A DNA stretch of 62,398 nucleotides, counting the filler, from Bradymonadales bacterium (GTDB lineage Bacteria; Bdellovibrionota; UBA2394), in assembly GCA_007693605.1 (NCBI GenBank). It is 5 parts of 5 records of this genome, joined end to end, with 100 filler letters (N's around TTAATTAATTAA, not from the genome) between each part and the next. Parts side by side here need not be neighbours in the genome. Positions count along the whole stretch, not along the records: positions 52,938 to 57,936 come from REDG01000047.1; positions 58,037 to 62,398 come from REDG01000005.1; 3 more parts are not named here. One strand, 5' to 3'. The translations under genes were made by a program, and so were the position numbers. Shown piece by piece: positions 52,838-62,398 of this stretch (within the stretch, counting starts at the first letter, position 1; each line of letters starts with the position of its first letter). The notes under the pieces are model-generated. The model ran no database searches, had not been told where the DNA came from, and saw only the letters and a list, made by a program, of their open reading frames with translations.

Positions 52838-52937
52838 NNNNNNNNNNNNNNNNNNNNNNNNNNNNNNNNNNNNNNNNNNNNTTAATTAATTAANNNNNNN
52901 NNNNNNNNNNNNNNNNNNNNNNNNNNNNNNNNNNNNN
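52838..52937. other. Artificial contig linker
   Basis: N/TTAATTAATTAA/N. Confidence 0.98.
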
Positions 52938-53152
52938 CCCGATATTGCTCACACTTATTTAAGTGACCAACAGAATCGGGAAATAGGCAAAGCATGTCGC
53001 AATGAGGGGCATCGGGGTCACAGATTTTTCGGGATGACTGAGCCTAAGTATTTGAAATTACATAATATTTTTCCTTAAGGCCTGAGCATAGGACTTGCAG
53101 ATTCTGGAATGAAGGGATTGTCGCCAGACACTCCCATAGAGGAAGCGGTGTT

Positions 53153-53951
53153 GTGTTGAGAAGTTCTTTGTTCAAGATTGTGTTTATGTCGGCCATTGGT
53201 GGATTTCCATTCATGCCCTCCGATCTGGTCCAGGCCAAAGATGTTTGTCATGGCCTCTATAGAGTTTTGAAGGAACGAGCTGAAAAACGATCGGCCGGCG
53301 AACTCCCAAGAGTGGGCAGGGTTGAAAACTTTTCTGGGCTCCCAGTGACGATTCTCGCTCTCAATGATTTTATTGACAAGATTCGAGCCCATCTTTCTGA
53401 GCCAGCTCCTTACGCCTTTAAGACCGACTTGCCCCCCCCCGCTTGAGCCTCAAGAACACGCCCTTGCTTTGTTTGAATGGGAGACGGCGGAACTCGAGAC
53501 AAGGGAACTCGATACAATATTGAAAATGAGGAAGTTTCTGGCCCAGCTTGGATTTCAAGATCCCGTCCCAAACGGCAGCTTCATCAATCTTCCAGGGCTC
53601 AATACGCCCTCAGCAAACAGCAATGGCAACTTACTCCAAACTCTCACTCAGTCGCATAGGCCCTTTAAGATTCCTTATCAACCTCCCCAGGAGCTTGCCT
53701 TTCGTGAGCTTCCGCAGGAGCTTGCCTTAAGGGTGAAAGCCTTGGCAGAACGAAGACTTCACCAAGCAAAAAAAGATGAGGAAAAATTTAAGACATATGC
53801 TCCAAAAGACGACAAGGGACAGCCCGCCTACCCATGGCCCCAAACAAAGGACGAATGGGCCCTCTATGAAGAGAACTTCAAGCAGCATCAAATCAGGTCC
53901 ATCCTCTTTGAGTTCTATGACTTGATCACCGAACACCCGAACATCAGATAA
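53153..53951 (+). pseudogene. Secreted hypothetical protein split by a frameshift in a C9 run
   Basis: ORFs 53153-53446 and 53364-53951 join into one 265-aa protein if C9 at 53432-53440 is C8. Confidence 0.6.
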
Positions 53952-53961
53952 GTTTCGAGCC

Positions 53962-55356
53962 TCAAGCCTTCAGGCGGGTAGGCTTCACCCTTGATGAACC
54001 CGCCCGATCCAAGAGACTTCCCAAACTGTAGGCAAGCATAGCCGACAGAATGGAGGTCAAAAACGGAGCCTCCCATTCCAAAACAAATTCTGCGATTGGA
54101 AGAGAGATCATCCCCACCACCAAAGCAGCAATGGCAGCCCTTGGCCCGCCCCAAGAGCTGTGAAGCCCCACAAAAGTGATCACCAAGACCCCAGCCGCTC
54201 CCAAACTCGATGAGAGCTCTACCAAGTCATAAATACTCTCGGCGGAGTAGGCCAAAATCAGAGCCAGCACCCCAGAGCCCACCACAATCAAGCGACTGAT
54301 CAAGAGCATTTTTGAATCCGAAAGTTCAGACCAAATCACTTTAACAAAATTCTGAGACACCAGGGCAGAAACCACCAGAAGAGTCGTGTCGACCGTCGAC
54401 AAGATGGCTGAAAGCAAGGCCCCACAAAAAATAATATAAACCACCGGAGGAAGAATCTCTGCTGCCAAAAGAGGCAAGAACTGATCGTAGTGGTCATGCT
54501 GAATCGAAAACTGTGGCCCGATCAAGCCCAAGAAAACAGGAATCAATCCCACACTGAGGTATAATCCTGCTGCCATGAATCCCGCATTTCTTGCCACACT
54601 GGCCGAGCGGCAAGCAAAGATCCGAGAAAGAACTTCTTGAGCAACTAAAGACCCAATAATGGGAATCATCCAAGTGTCCATTCGCGCTAAAAGGCTCTCG
54701 TCAGGATCTCGAAAGGAAAACCGCTCAATCTCAATCGAGCTCCAAGCGACTTCAAGTCCCCCCAGTTGCCATAGAGAAAAACCCAAAAGTAGAATGAGCC
54801 CCAAACACAAAATCGACCCCTGAACCACATCGGTAATCACATCGCTCAACAGGCCTCCAAGCACGGTATAAGCCACAATGACCCCTGCTGCCAGCAGAAC
54901 AGCGAGATCGACCGATAGGGGAGTGGAGACCGAAAGAATCTGCCCAAAAGCCCTCACTTGAGCCGCCGCCCAAACCAGCGAAGCTGGAATCAAAATCCAA
55001 ACCGCTAAGGTCTCTACCATCGTCCCAAATCGCATTCGAAAAAAATCTGCCAAGGTCACTAATTTCTTGGCCCAAAGCTGTCTTGCGACAAACAAAGCCA
55101 TCAAGATTAAACACAGGCTATAGCCAAAGGGCTCAGCCCGTCCGCCAGAAAGTCCCACTTCAAAAATAGCGCCGGCGGCCCCCATACAAGTTTCAGCTCC
55201 AAACCAAACCGCAAAAATGGAAAAACTTGCAAAAAACAAACCCAAACCCCGACCAGCCAGAAAATAGTCGGTGGTGTTCTTAATACGACGAGAAACCCAA
55301 ACTCCAATTCCAAGTTGAAATAGAAGATAGAGAATAAGAGCAAAGGCCATCCACAC
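53962..55356 (-). CDS. Sodium:solute symporter family protein
   Basis: DYFLAGR, YTVLGGL..DVITD.VQG, SAILSTVD; about 13 TM. Confidence 0.93.
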   Translation of the reverse strand: MWMAFALILYLLFQLGIGVWVSRRIKNTTDYFLAGRGLGLFFASFSIFAVWFGAETCMGAAGAIFEVGLSGGRAEPFGYSLCLILMALFVARQLWAKKLVTLADFFRMRFGTMVETLAVWILIPASLVWAAAQVRAFGQILSVSTPLSVDLAVLLAAGVIVAYTVLGGLLSDVITDVVQGSILCLGLILLLGFSLWQLGGLEVAWSSIEIERFSFRDPDESLLARMDTWMIPIIGSLVAQEVLSRIFACRSASVARNAGFMAAGLYLSVGLIPVFLGLIGPQFSIQHDHYDQFLPLLAAEILPPVVYIIFCGALLSAILSTVDTTLLVVSALVSQNFVKVIWSELSDSKMLLISRLIVVGSGVLALILAYSAESIYDLVELSSSLGAAGVLVITFVGLHSSWGGPRAAIAALVVGMISLPIAEFVLEWEAPFLTSILSAMLAYSLGSLLDRAGSSRVKPTRLKA

Positions 55357-55467
55357 TGCCTACACACCTCCAGCCAAAAACCGAGCTTCTCCGGGGAGTG
55401 GCGACACTCTCCTTAAGCCAAGACCCTCACAAAAAACCCGTTCTTCGAATCTTTGTCGAGTTTTCGT

Positions 55468-56517
55468 CTAAGAAATCTGCTTTTTTATGGATTCGATCAA
55501 TTGGTGGAAATGATGAAGAGCATTCTCGCGGGTAGGGGAGTATCGTCCCTGCCGATAGAAGCGAGATCGCAGGTTTTTTTGAACCCACTCACAGATTTCT
55601 CGGTCCTCTTCTTGAATTTCTTCTGAAAAGCCAATGAGCTCTTCAAGTCGTTTAGCGCTGACCTCAGGAATGGCCCACCAATCGAATCGAACCCGACATT
55701 CGTCGATCCCAACAGGCTCCACCACATTGGTCTGAAGAATTCCCTGATAGAGATTCAACATGAGGTGGGGAAACAGCCAATAGTAATGGGCCTCTGGAGA
55801 CTGACCTTCCGTGTAAATATTCGACTCCTGACGAGTCGGGGCCCATTGGCGAGAATGCCAGGCTCGAGTTTCTGAGCGGTAAGCCTCGTAATCAAGCTCC
55901 CTTGAAAGTCGAGGATGCACGGATCGAAGATGATAGCCCTCTAAATAGTTGTCGACATAAAGCTTCCAGTTGCAGCGAACAGAGTAATCTCTTCGCTCTC
56001 GATATTCTAAGCGACTCAAAAGCTCAGGCGGCACCTCCGAGGAAATCTCCCCGAGCCAGTCCTTGAACGAAGTCCCTTCTCGAAGACGGCTAAAAAGCAG
56101 GGGCCCCCAGCGCTCCAGCGGAAATCGAGGCAAGCAGTAGTCTGAGAGCTTAAAGTTCTTAGCCTGACCCATTTCTGGAGCTCTTAACAACTCGCCGGAC
56201 TCTTTATAAGACCAGGCATGGTACTGACAAGTCAGAGACTTATATCGGGCCTGCTGTTTCTTAAAGATGGGCCCCGCACGATGGCGGCAAACATTACTCA
56301 AAAGCCGCATTTCGTTCTGAGAATCACGGATCAAAACCAAAGACTCACCAAAGAAATCGTAACAACGATAGCTTCGAGGCTCTTTCAAAACCGAGGAATC
56401 CCCAAGAAGGCTCCAAGCTCGCGGCCAAAGCTCTTCAAATTCCCATTGAGCGAAGGCTTCTGAAAGATAGGCCTCAGACGGAAGCGTCCAACCCTCTAAG
56501 AGTTTCTGATCCAACAC
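55468..56517 (-). CDS. Rieske non-heme oxygenase alpha subunit (choline monooxygenase-like)
   Basis: NVCRHR, CQYHAW, NWKLYVDNYLEGYH..VHP, ED..ICE.VQ. Confidence 0.9.
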   Translation of the reverse strand: MLDQKLLEGWTLPSEAYLSEAFAQWEFEELWPRAWSLLGDSSVLKEPRSYRCYDFFGESLVLIRDSQNEMRLLSNVCRHRAGPIFKKQQARYKSLTCQYHAWSYKESGELLRAPEMGQAKNFKLSDYCLPRFPLERWGPLLFSRLREGTSFKDWLGEISSEVPPELLSRLEYRERRDYSVRCNWKLYVDNYLEGYHLRSVHPRLSRELDYEAYRSETRAWHSRQWAPTRQESNIYTEGQSPEAHYYWLFPHLMLNLYQGILQTNVVEPVGIDECRVRFDWWAIPEVSAKRLEELIGFSEEIQEEDREICEWVQKNLRSRFYRQGRYSPTRENALHHFHQLIESIKKQIS

Positions 56518-56696
56518 GCTCGAAAGTTAACACGGCTGGGCTGTAGAAAAAACTCAAAGCCCTTGATTGCCCTAAGTTGTAAGGATTGCCAAACGACTAG
56601 GTTTACATAATAAAGATTATCGGACATTGGATTGCTGCTTTAGAGGCGCGCCAAACGGCTGCCTTTCCGCCACACTAAGGCCGTTTTTGAGGGAAA

Positions 56697-56725
56697 TTGA
56701 CGATTTCCCATTATGGGTATAAAAT
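56697..56725 (+). promoter_or_regulatory. Sigma70 promoter of the toxin-antitoxin operon
   Basis: TTGACG-N17-TAAAAT. Confidence 0.7.
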
Positions 56726-56731
56726 AGAGGA

Positions 56732-56989
56732 ATGAAACAAGAGACGAAAAGAATCTCAAAGACGGTGGAAGTCGATTCTCGAGGGCGAATTACCCTACCT
56801 AAAAGTTTAAGGCTTGATGTTGATGCATTCGCGATTGAGGCTCTTCAAGATGGCTCCATCAAACTTACCCCGCAAAAGGTGGTTTCTGCACAAGAAGCAA
56901 AGATCTTAGAAGCCCTACGAATAGGTTTTGAAGATGTAAGGGCTGGCCGAGTGAAAAAGCTTCCGTCAAAATGGCTGTCTAAAGGGTGA
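56732..56989 (+). CDS. AbrB/MazE-like antitoxin
   Basis: VDSRGRITLPKSLR...GSIKLTP. Confidence 0.8.
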   Translation: MKQETKRISKTVEVDSRGRITLPKSLRLDVDAFAIEALQDGSIKLTPQKVVSAQEAKILEALRIGFEDVRAGRVKKLPSKWLSKG

Positions 56990-57285
56990 TTTCTTTCCAG
57001 CTTTTCATTACGGCTCAAGCCGAAGCCCAAATCGAACGGATTATGAAGGATCGTTCGAAAAAGGGTCTTCAAACTCAGCTAAGGAAATCTCTTCGACTTC
57101 TCAGCCAAAACCCTAAACATTCAGGCCTTCGCTCTCATCCACTTCAAGGCTCTCAAGGGGTTTACGGAGAAAAGCTTTGGACCTCCTACATCCAAAACAA
57201 CACCCCCCAGGCCTATCGAATGCTCTGGTACTATGGCCCCTCCGATAAGCAAATCACTCTTCTGGCAGTGATTCCGCATTACTAA
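56986..57285 (+). CDS. RelE/ParE-superfamily-like toxin
   Basis: GTGA overlap; NPKHSGLRSH, YRMLWYY, C-terminal PH. Confidence 0.7.
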   Translation: MISFQLFITAQAEAQIERIMKDRSKKGLQTQLRKSLRLLSQNPKHSGLRSHPLQGSQGVYGEKLWTSYIQNNTPQAYRMLWYYGPSDKQITLLAVIPHY

Positions 57286-57411
57286 AGGGAGTCTACTACC
57301 AGGACTTATTGGGGCAACGAGCCAGCCCAGGTTGAAAGCAACTGAAGCTTGTCATTCGACAGGCCGTAGCCGTGAGCGGCTGGCATCTTCTCGTTATCCC
57401 TTCACTGATCT

Positions 57412-57861
57412 CTATTCAGGCAGGTTAGCGATCTTCGTCAGATACATTGAATCTCCATCGCTGTTTCGCCAAACGACGCTATCTTCTGAAATGGAGAATC
57501 TGGCAAGGACGAATCCTGCCTGGACCGCGCCTTCCCCCACTCGAACACTCACACTGCCTTCCCTATCCTTACAAATGATACCGGGATGAGAATACCTACG
57601 GGAGGTTACCACGCGCCCACTGGTTTTAGAGGCGTTGTTATACTCAACCTTTATCGGTACGCGGTATTCCACCACTGTGAGGCCCACTTCTAGACCGTAC
57701 GCCTGACACGGCTCTCTTTGAGCATGAACAAACTCTGTGGGGGTCACTTTGTACAACTCACTGTAGCCCTCACCAGAAAGAGAATAGCCCTGCTCCATAA
57801 AGTAGCCAAAGATACTGCCAGCATCGACTTGACTGAAAACTTGCGGTCGAGATTCTTGCAA
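57412..57861 (-). CDS. Hypothetical protein, start uncertain near the contig edge
   Basis: 149-aa beta-rich ORF only. Confidence 0.4.
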   Translation of the reverse strand: MQESRPQVFSQVDAGSIFGYFMEQGYSLSGEGYSELYKVTPTEFVHAQREPCQAYGLEVGLTVVEYRVPIKVEYNNASKTSGRVVTSRRYSHPGIICKDREGSVSVRVGEGAVQAGFVLARFSISEDSVVWRNSDGDSMYLTKIANLPE

Positions 57862-57936
57862 AGCTTCTAATTCGTCATAAAGGTGATGTCCCAGAATCCG
57901 TTAGGATTCGAAGCGGGCACCCAGTTGATTTAAGCT

Positions 57937-58036
57937 NNNNNNNNNNNNNNNNNNNNNNNNNNNNNNNNNNNNNNNNNNNNTTAATTAATTAANNNNNNNN
58001 NNNNNNNNNNNNNNNNNNNNNNNNNNNNNNNNNNNN
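57937..58036. other. Artificial contig linker
   Basis: N/TTAATTAATTAA/N. Confidence 0.98.
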
Positions 58037-58229
58037 TTCTATCCGGGGGAGCCCGCTTTTTTCAAACCCTAACGATTATTGGGACATCACCAAGAGATGA
58101 ATCAATGGAACTAACATTGCAATAATAGTTTCAAAAACCACATAAGCAGCAGCGCCTGAAATCCACACTAAGAATAGATAGTTTAGAGCCGCGCCCACTT
58201 TCTTCAGTTTAACACGCCAGGGCTCATTG

Positions 58230-58391
58230 GAGTGTTGAATTGCTCGTCACTGTTGGCCCGAGATGACAAGGTAGTTCGTTTTAGTTTTCAAGGGCCCAAC
58301 CAGCCCACAACTTCTCCAACTTTTTCCCTTGTTTCTTAAGGCGCTTGACATCTTTCTTGACGGCGTTCGTCCGAACAATACTTCAGATCAT
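58230..58391 (-). pseudogene. YafQ-like toxin remnant
   Basis: Manual translation MI*SIVRTNAVKKDVKRLKKQGKKLEKL; in-frame stop and probable internal deletion. Confidence 0.65.
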
Positions 58392-58607
58392 TCAAAATTC
58401 GGCCTTCAAATCATCAATGTTTGAAAAATGCTTCACATTCTTTCTAGAACGGCCATCTCGCATGGCTGCTTGGGTTTCTTGATTCGGAATCTTTACATCA
58501 AAGAGGTGCCCCCGATGTAGTTTGACTTGATGATAGAACATCGCAATAGCGTCCGCCCCCGTGAGACCGAGTTTCTCGAGAATCTGCTCAGCCTACCGTT
58601 TTAGTTG
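58392..58607 (-). pseudogene. RelB/DinJ-like antitoxin remnant
   Basis: Manual translation LKR*AEQILEKLGLTGADAIAMFYHQVKLHRGHLFDVKIPNQETQAAM...DDLKAEF. Confidence 0.75.
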
Positions 58608-58885
58608 CCAACATTTTTAAGGAAGAAATGCTTTGTATGCTGCCGGCCTCTTTACTCAATTCCTCGACCTCCTGATGTTTTTTCACAAAATATGGCATCT
58701 TTTCTGAAGAGGATGGGGGGGGCTGCGGTTTGGGCTTTGCTGATGATGTGGAGCCTCGGGACCCACAGAAAAGTTGGGCTGCCCCATTGGTGACCCGGAT
58801 CTCTTAAAAATTGAACCGTGAGTGAGCTGAAAGGATAAAAACCCAAAACATTTCAATGACCTAGTTGCCAATGTGCCGGTGAAAA

Positions 58886-58901
58886 TGGCATGAAACTTGC
58901 T
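58886..58901 (+). promoter_or_regulatory. Sigma54 (-24/-12) promoter
   Basis: TGGCAT-GAAAC-TTGCT; ATG at 58915 at the same distance as in the 14066/14095 case. Confidence 0.7.
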
Positions 58902-58914
58902 TTTAAAAGTTTAT

Positions 58915-60273
58915 ATGTGGGTTGTGGTGGCAACATTGCTGATAGCGCAAAGTGATTCCATTGCGCCTAGTGGAGGACACTCAAGCCATCCACACAGCTA
59001 TTGTGGACGAGTTTTGAACGTGTTGGCTCAAGCTTCTATGGCTTCGCCTGAGCAAAAAGCTGAACATCTTGCTCGCGAGATTCTTACCATAGGCCGCGAA
59101 AGATTTGATCACAACTTTCATTCGAGATCGGCCCTTGGGGTTGAGGGTTGGGATTCTACTGCAGTAGAGCTACCCGGCGGCGTGGCCTTTGAAGGACCTT
59201 TTCTACAATTTGAAAACCTTTTTCGGCCCCATCGCGAAGATCTAGTTTTATCCTTGGGGGAGGTGAGTGATATTCCGCCAGGGAAATATGATGACCATTT
59301 TCTATTGAGGTATGTCCCTTTTTACTTAGAAATTCCAGATCGCACTGAGAATGTGTGGAACAGGCTGGATCTAAATGAGAAGGCTTATTTAATGCGATAT
59401 CTTGCCGCCGCGTTTAGAGGAGGTTTTGGATCAGTTGGATCTTCTCAAAATGTAACATCTGAAAGACACGGGCCTCTTTACACTCATCTTGCGCAACTTT
59501 ACGATCCGTGGTGGCAAACATGGTTCGAAGACTACGAACTTGATTTTCAGACACGGCTCTATGCACTCGATCCAGTCGCATTTCTTGGAGCCTCTCAACG
59601 CGGTGTCAATCTTGCGAGTCAGGAGGGAGAAAGAAGCGGTCATTTTACCGCACTTGCACTTGCTGGAATTTTGCGGGAGTTGGGCGCTCCAAGTAATCAA
59701 CTTATTACTACGGCCGACCCGGAATTGGGTTCGGTGATGTTGTTCCCGCAAATCGAGGACTTGCGGGTAGCCGCTCATGGAGCATTTGTCGACACCCGTC
59801 CTGGGATATCAACAGTTGATGAGCACACTCGGTTTTGGTCGACTCAAGGGTTCTTTGAAGGGGTTAGAGATGAAGATCACTTTCTTCCTCTTGAGGGCCT
59901 GAGAGTTTTAAGAGAGAGAAGGGAAAGGCGATCTCGAGGGCGATACAATTCTCATTACGAATTCCTTTTTGGGGAGCGCCTGGAGGGCCTGCATGATCTT
60001 GATATCAGTAAGCATCCTCACCTCCGCGATCCGTTTGAAGGGGTAAATCCTTTTAATGATTCCGCGACGACCGCCATTCATCCTCCTTCACAAGATCCAT
60101 ACGCAACACTTGGAATTGATTCTAATGCGACAAATGATGAAATTAAGGGCGCGTATCGTCGCCTCGCTCGGAGGTTTCATCCTGACATTAGCCAAGAGCT
60201 CAATGCGGAGGACAAATTCAAAGAGGCTCAGGCCGCGTATGAATACTTAAAGTCTGTCAGGGGGATTGAGTAA
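58915..60273 (+). CDS. Putative exported protein with C-terminal J-domain
   Basis: Hydrophobic N-terminus; DPYATLG...EIKGAYRRLARRFHPD...EDKFKE...AYE.L. Confidence 0.85.
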   Translation: MWVVVATLLIAQSDSIAPSGGHSSHPHSYCGRVLNVLAQASMASPEQKAEHLAREILTIGRERFDHNFHSRSALGVEGWDSTAVELPGGVAFEGPFLQFENLFRPHREDLVLSLGEVSDIPPGKYDDHFLLRYVPFYLEIPDRTENVWNRLDLNEKAYLMRYLAAAFRGGFGSVGSSQNVTSERHGPLYTHLAQLYDPWWQTWFEDYELDFQTRLYALDPVAFLGASQRGVNLASQEGERSGHFTALALAGILRELGAPSNQLITTADPELGSVMLFPQIEDLRVAAHGAFVDTRPGISTVDEHTRFWSTQGFFEGVRDEDHFLPLEGLRVLRERRERRSRGRYNSHYEFLFGERLEGLHDLDISKHPHLRDPFEGVNPFNDSATTAIHPPSQDPYATLGIDSNATNDEIKGAYRRLARRFHPDISQELNAEDKFKEAQAAYEYLKSVRGIE

Positions 60274-60330
60274 ATCATGAGTACAATTTCCCAAGCTGCT
60301 TGTTTTATATCCTCAATTGCATTTGTAACA

Positions 60331-60480
60331 TGCGGTAGTCAGGTAACGCGTTGACATCGTAGAGATGCATTAGGTGGTCGTGCCATTTTGGTCTCTTGTA
60401 AATGACTCTCGATTGTTTTGTATGGAATCCGCCAGCCTAAATGAGAATTGCTTGGTCGGCTCACTCGGTTTTAGTAAGCA
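60331..60480 (-). mobile_element. Remnant end of a related IS481-family element
   Basis: TGCGGTAGTCAGGTAACGCGTTGACA (22/26 to either IR of the complete IS) plus a decayed transposase tail RP...LGWRIP...CQRVT*. Confidence 0.7.
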
Positions 60481-60495
60481 ATAATTCTCAATGAG

Positions 60496-61755
60496 CTAAT
60501 TGCTCTCTTCAACTAACAGCGTACTAATATAAAAGCCGGTTGGTGCCATGAACCCTTGGTAATAGCGCATTTGTTCTAAGAGCCTTGGCAGCACTTCTTC
60601 ATGCCAATATTTTTCTGTCACCCAAGAGCCCGTGGTGCCATCGGGTTGAACGGCGTTTTGATCGTAAATTCGTCCGTCGGCATACGCTACCCAATGACCT
60701 TGGTTCAAGCTTTTCCCATGTCTAGAAAACATGATTAGAACCATGCCCCTTTTTCCAGAAAGCTCGGCAAAAGCGTCCTTAAAGGAAGTAAGATTTCGTT
60801 TTGCTTGCCTAATCCAAACATGGCGCGTCGCCATTCCACCTCTTTCCAGTCCACGAGAAATGTCTTGCCACAACAAATAATTATCCCGTTTCCATTTCGG
60901 AACAAGTTCATTGATGACGGTTTCAGTAGGAAGTCGAAGCAATGCCGCCATTGCGCTTGGACCACAGTTTGATCTTGTAGCATGCACATCGAGAGGGACT
61001 CCACAACCGTGTGGCACTCGAACGTTGGTTGGATTTCGATATTCCTTGGAATAAGCAACGAAGTGAGAACCTCCAAAAACAAGCTGATTTGTTACTGGCA
61101 ACCAAGCACTTGCAATAAAATAACCTAAAGGAGTTTCCCGACGCGTCGGAGAATACTCTATTCTCACTTCATTCCAAGGAAGGGCTACTGCAAACCGACG
61201 AATATATTCTAAACTGACGGTTCCATCATGTGCCCCACCATACATCGCCCCCGTCCTTCCAGGAAAGACAGCTCCAACAGGGAGTTGAAAGATTGATTTG
61301 TCGCGTTTCATTAAATCCTCGAAATCGTCAAGATCTGGCCTTTCGTTAAACAACTTCCTTCGCTCCGCACCACTCACCCCTGCTAAGATAGCCGTATTAA
61401 ATACTTCAGCTCTCTGAAACATCTCTACAATCTGCTTTCCACTCGCCGCATAAGCAGAATCTTTTATGACATCATGATCTCCGAGATTTTGCCGGGCATT
61501 ATTCAAATCTAAGGTTTCATAAAGAACCGGGCCTGGATATGCTCCTCCTGCTTCAATCCGAAGGCGCTCGGGATCGCGCATTCTTTTTTGACGAAAGCTA
61601 GCTCGGTTACCGCCGAAAGCTGTATTGATGACAATAATAGGATTCTCAAGGTGACGGATTGAATTCACGCATGTTTGTTTCCCAGCAAACAGATCATTCG
61701 AAAATATTGCAACAAACAGGCCGTTGAATAGAAATATCGATAGAACGAATTTCAC
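60496..61755 (-). CDS. Secreted protein with C-terminal C39-like cysteine peptidase domain
   Basis: Signal peptide ending LFA; SNCGPSAMA...GHWV....GRIYD. Confidence 0.7.
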   Translation of the reverse strand: MKFVLSIFLFNGLFVAIFSNDLFAGKQTCVNSIRHLENPIIVINTAFGGNRASFRQKRMRDPERLRIEAGGAYPGPVLYETLDLNNARQNLGDHDVIKDSAYAASGKQIVEMFQRAEVFNTAILAGVSGAERRKLFNERPDLDDFEDLMKRDKSIFQLPVGAVFPGRTGAMYGGAHDGTVSLEYIRRFAVALPWNEVRIEYSPTRRETPLGYFIASAWLPVTNQLVFGGSHFVAYSKEYRNPTNVRVPHGCGVPLDVHATRSNCGPSAMAALLRLPTETVINELVPKWKRDNYLLWQDISRGLERGGMATRHVWIRQAKRNLTSFKDAFAELSGKRGMVLIMFSRHGKSLNQGHWVAYADGRIYDQNAVQPDGTTGSWVTEKYWHEEVLPRLLEQMRYYQGFMAPTGFYISTLLVEESN

Positions 61756-61768
61756 ACGCGACGGGTAG

Positions 61769-62173
61769 CATATTCAAATAGTTGACACAATTAAATCTCT
61801 GAAATCGTGCATTGAAGTCACGCACAAGGAGGCTTCGCAGAAAGGTTCCGCCCCCATAGGTGTCGATCTTGTTCTGATTGATGACGATCTGATCTGCCGG
61901 AATACCTGGGAGCTGTTGGCCGGGGCAAACGGCAAGCGCATTCTGACATTCTCCAGCCACAGTGAATTTCTAACAAAACCTCTCAGCCCGTCGACGCCTA
62001 TCTATGTCGATAAAAACCTGTCCGATGGACAGTCTGGTTACACGGTGTTGAAGGATCTGCATCAAAAGGGCTACCGCAATCTATATCTGACCACCGGAGA
62101 GTTTCGGCCAGACAAAGCCCCACCCGAGTACGTCATTGCGGTTGTCTCGAAAGAGTTTCCGTTAGCAGCCTGA
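61769..62173 (+). pseudogene. Isolated receiver-like domain, probably the 3' remnant of a hybrid kinase
   Basis: Frame open from 61769: VLIDDD...W...IYVDKNL.DG.SG...LYLTTG...VVSK; no canonical start before the DDD motif. Confidence 0.6.
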
Positions 62174-62398
62174 ACCGAAAACTGAATTCTCCTCAGCTTG
62201 CGCAAAGGAGGACTCAATGTTTCGATTCGAAGTAAAAATTAAAATCCAGGCTTCACTACATGGCTGTCAGTTATCTTCAGCTTGCTCAAGGCCCCCCTGG
62301 CCATATCAAGATGATTGAAATTAGATATGTATAAATCTAATAATGACCTGGCCTGGTGAAATTGGTCCAGGTTGAGTGTTATAATCTGGGCCTTCAAC

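Overview
62.4 kb of a bacterial draft genome or MAG. It is five contigs joined by artificial 100-bp N/TTAATTAATTAA/N linkers (1-24202, 24303-48380, 48481-52837, 52938-57936, 58037-62398), so gene adjacency across linkers means nothing. The gene repertoire and 16S gene suggest a deltaproteobacteria-like, probably Bdellovibrionota-related organism (inference, not checked against a database). Housekeeping genes: dnaK, polA, galU, a ComM/YifB ATPase, an RND transporter, a DEAD-box helicase, a stand-alone 16S rRNA and tRNA-Ile. Mobile or decayed DNA: one complete IS481-family element with 26-bp IRs and a 7-bp TSD, two further IS ends, an HNH gene, an intact AbrB/RelE-like toxin-antitoxin pair and a decayed DinJ/YafQ pair. 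The best candidate for a new system is at 15.4-24.0 kb: a 53-aa peptide, an HExxH peptide-modification enzyme with no radical SAM partner, two paralogous orphan peptide-binding SBPs, a sensor kinase and an S9-type hydrolase, which together look like a modified-peptide signalling module. Other highlights: a structured leader carrying both a sense copy and an antisense copy of the adjacent tRNA-Ile D-arm; several secreted proteins sharing a signal peptide plus lone-Cys helix fused to cytoplasmic-type domains (GNAT, J-domain); four sigma54 promoters; many apparently leaderless genes; and a 27-heme cytochrome c.
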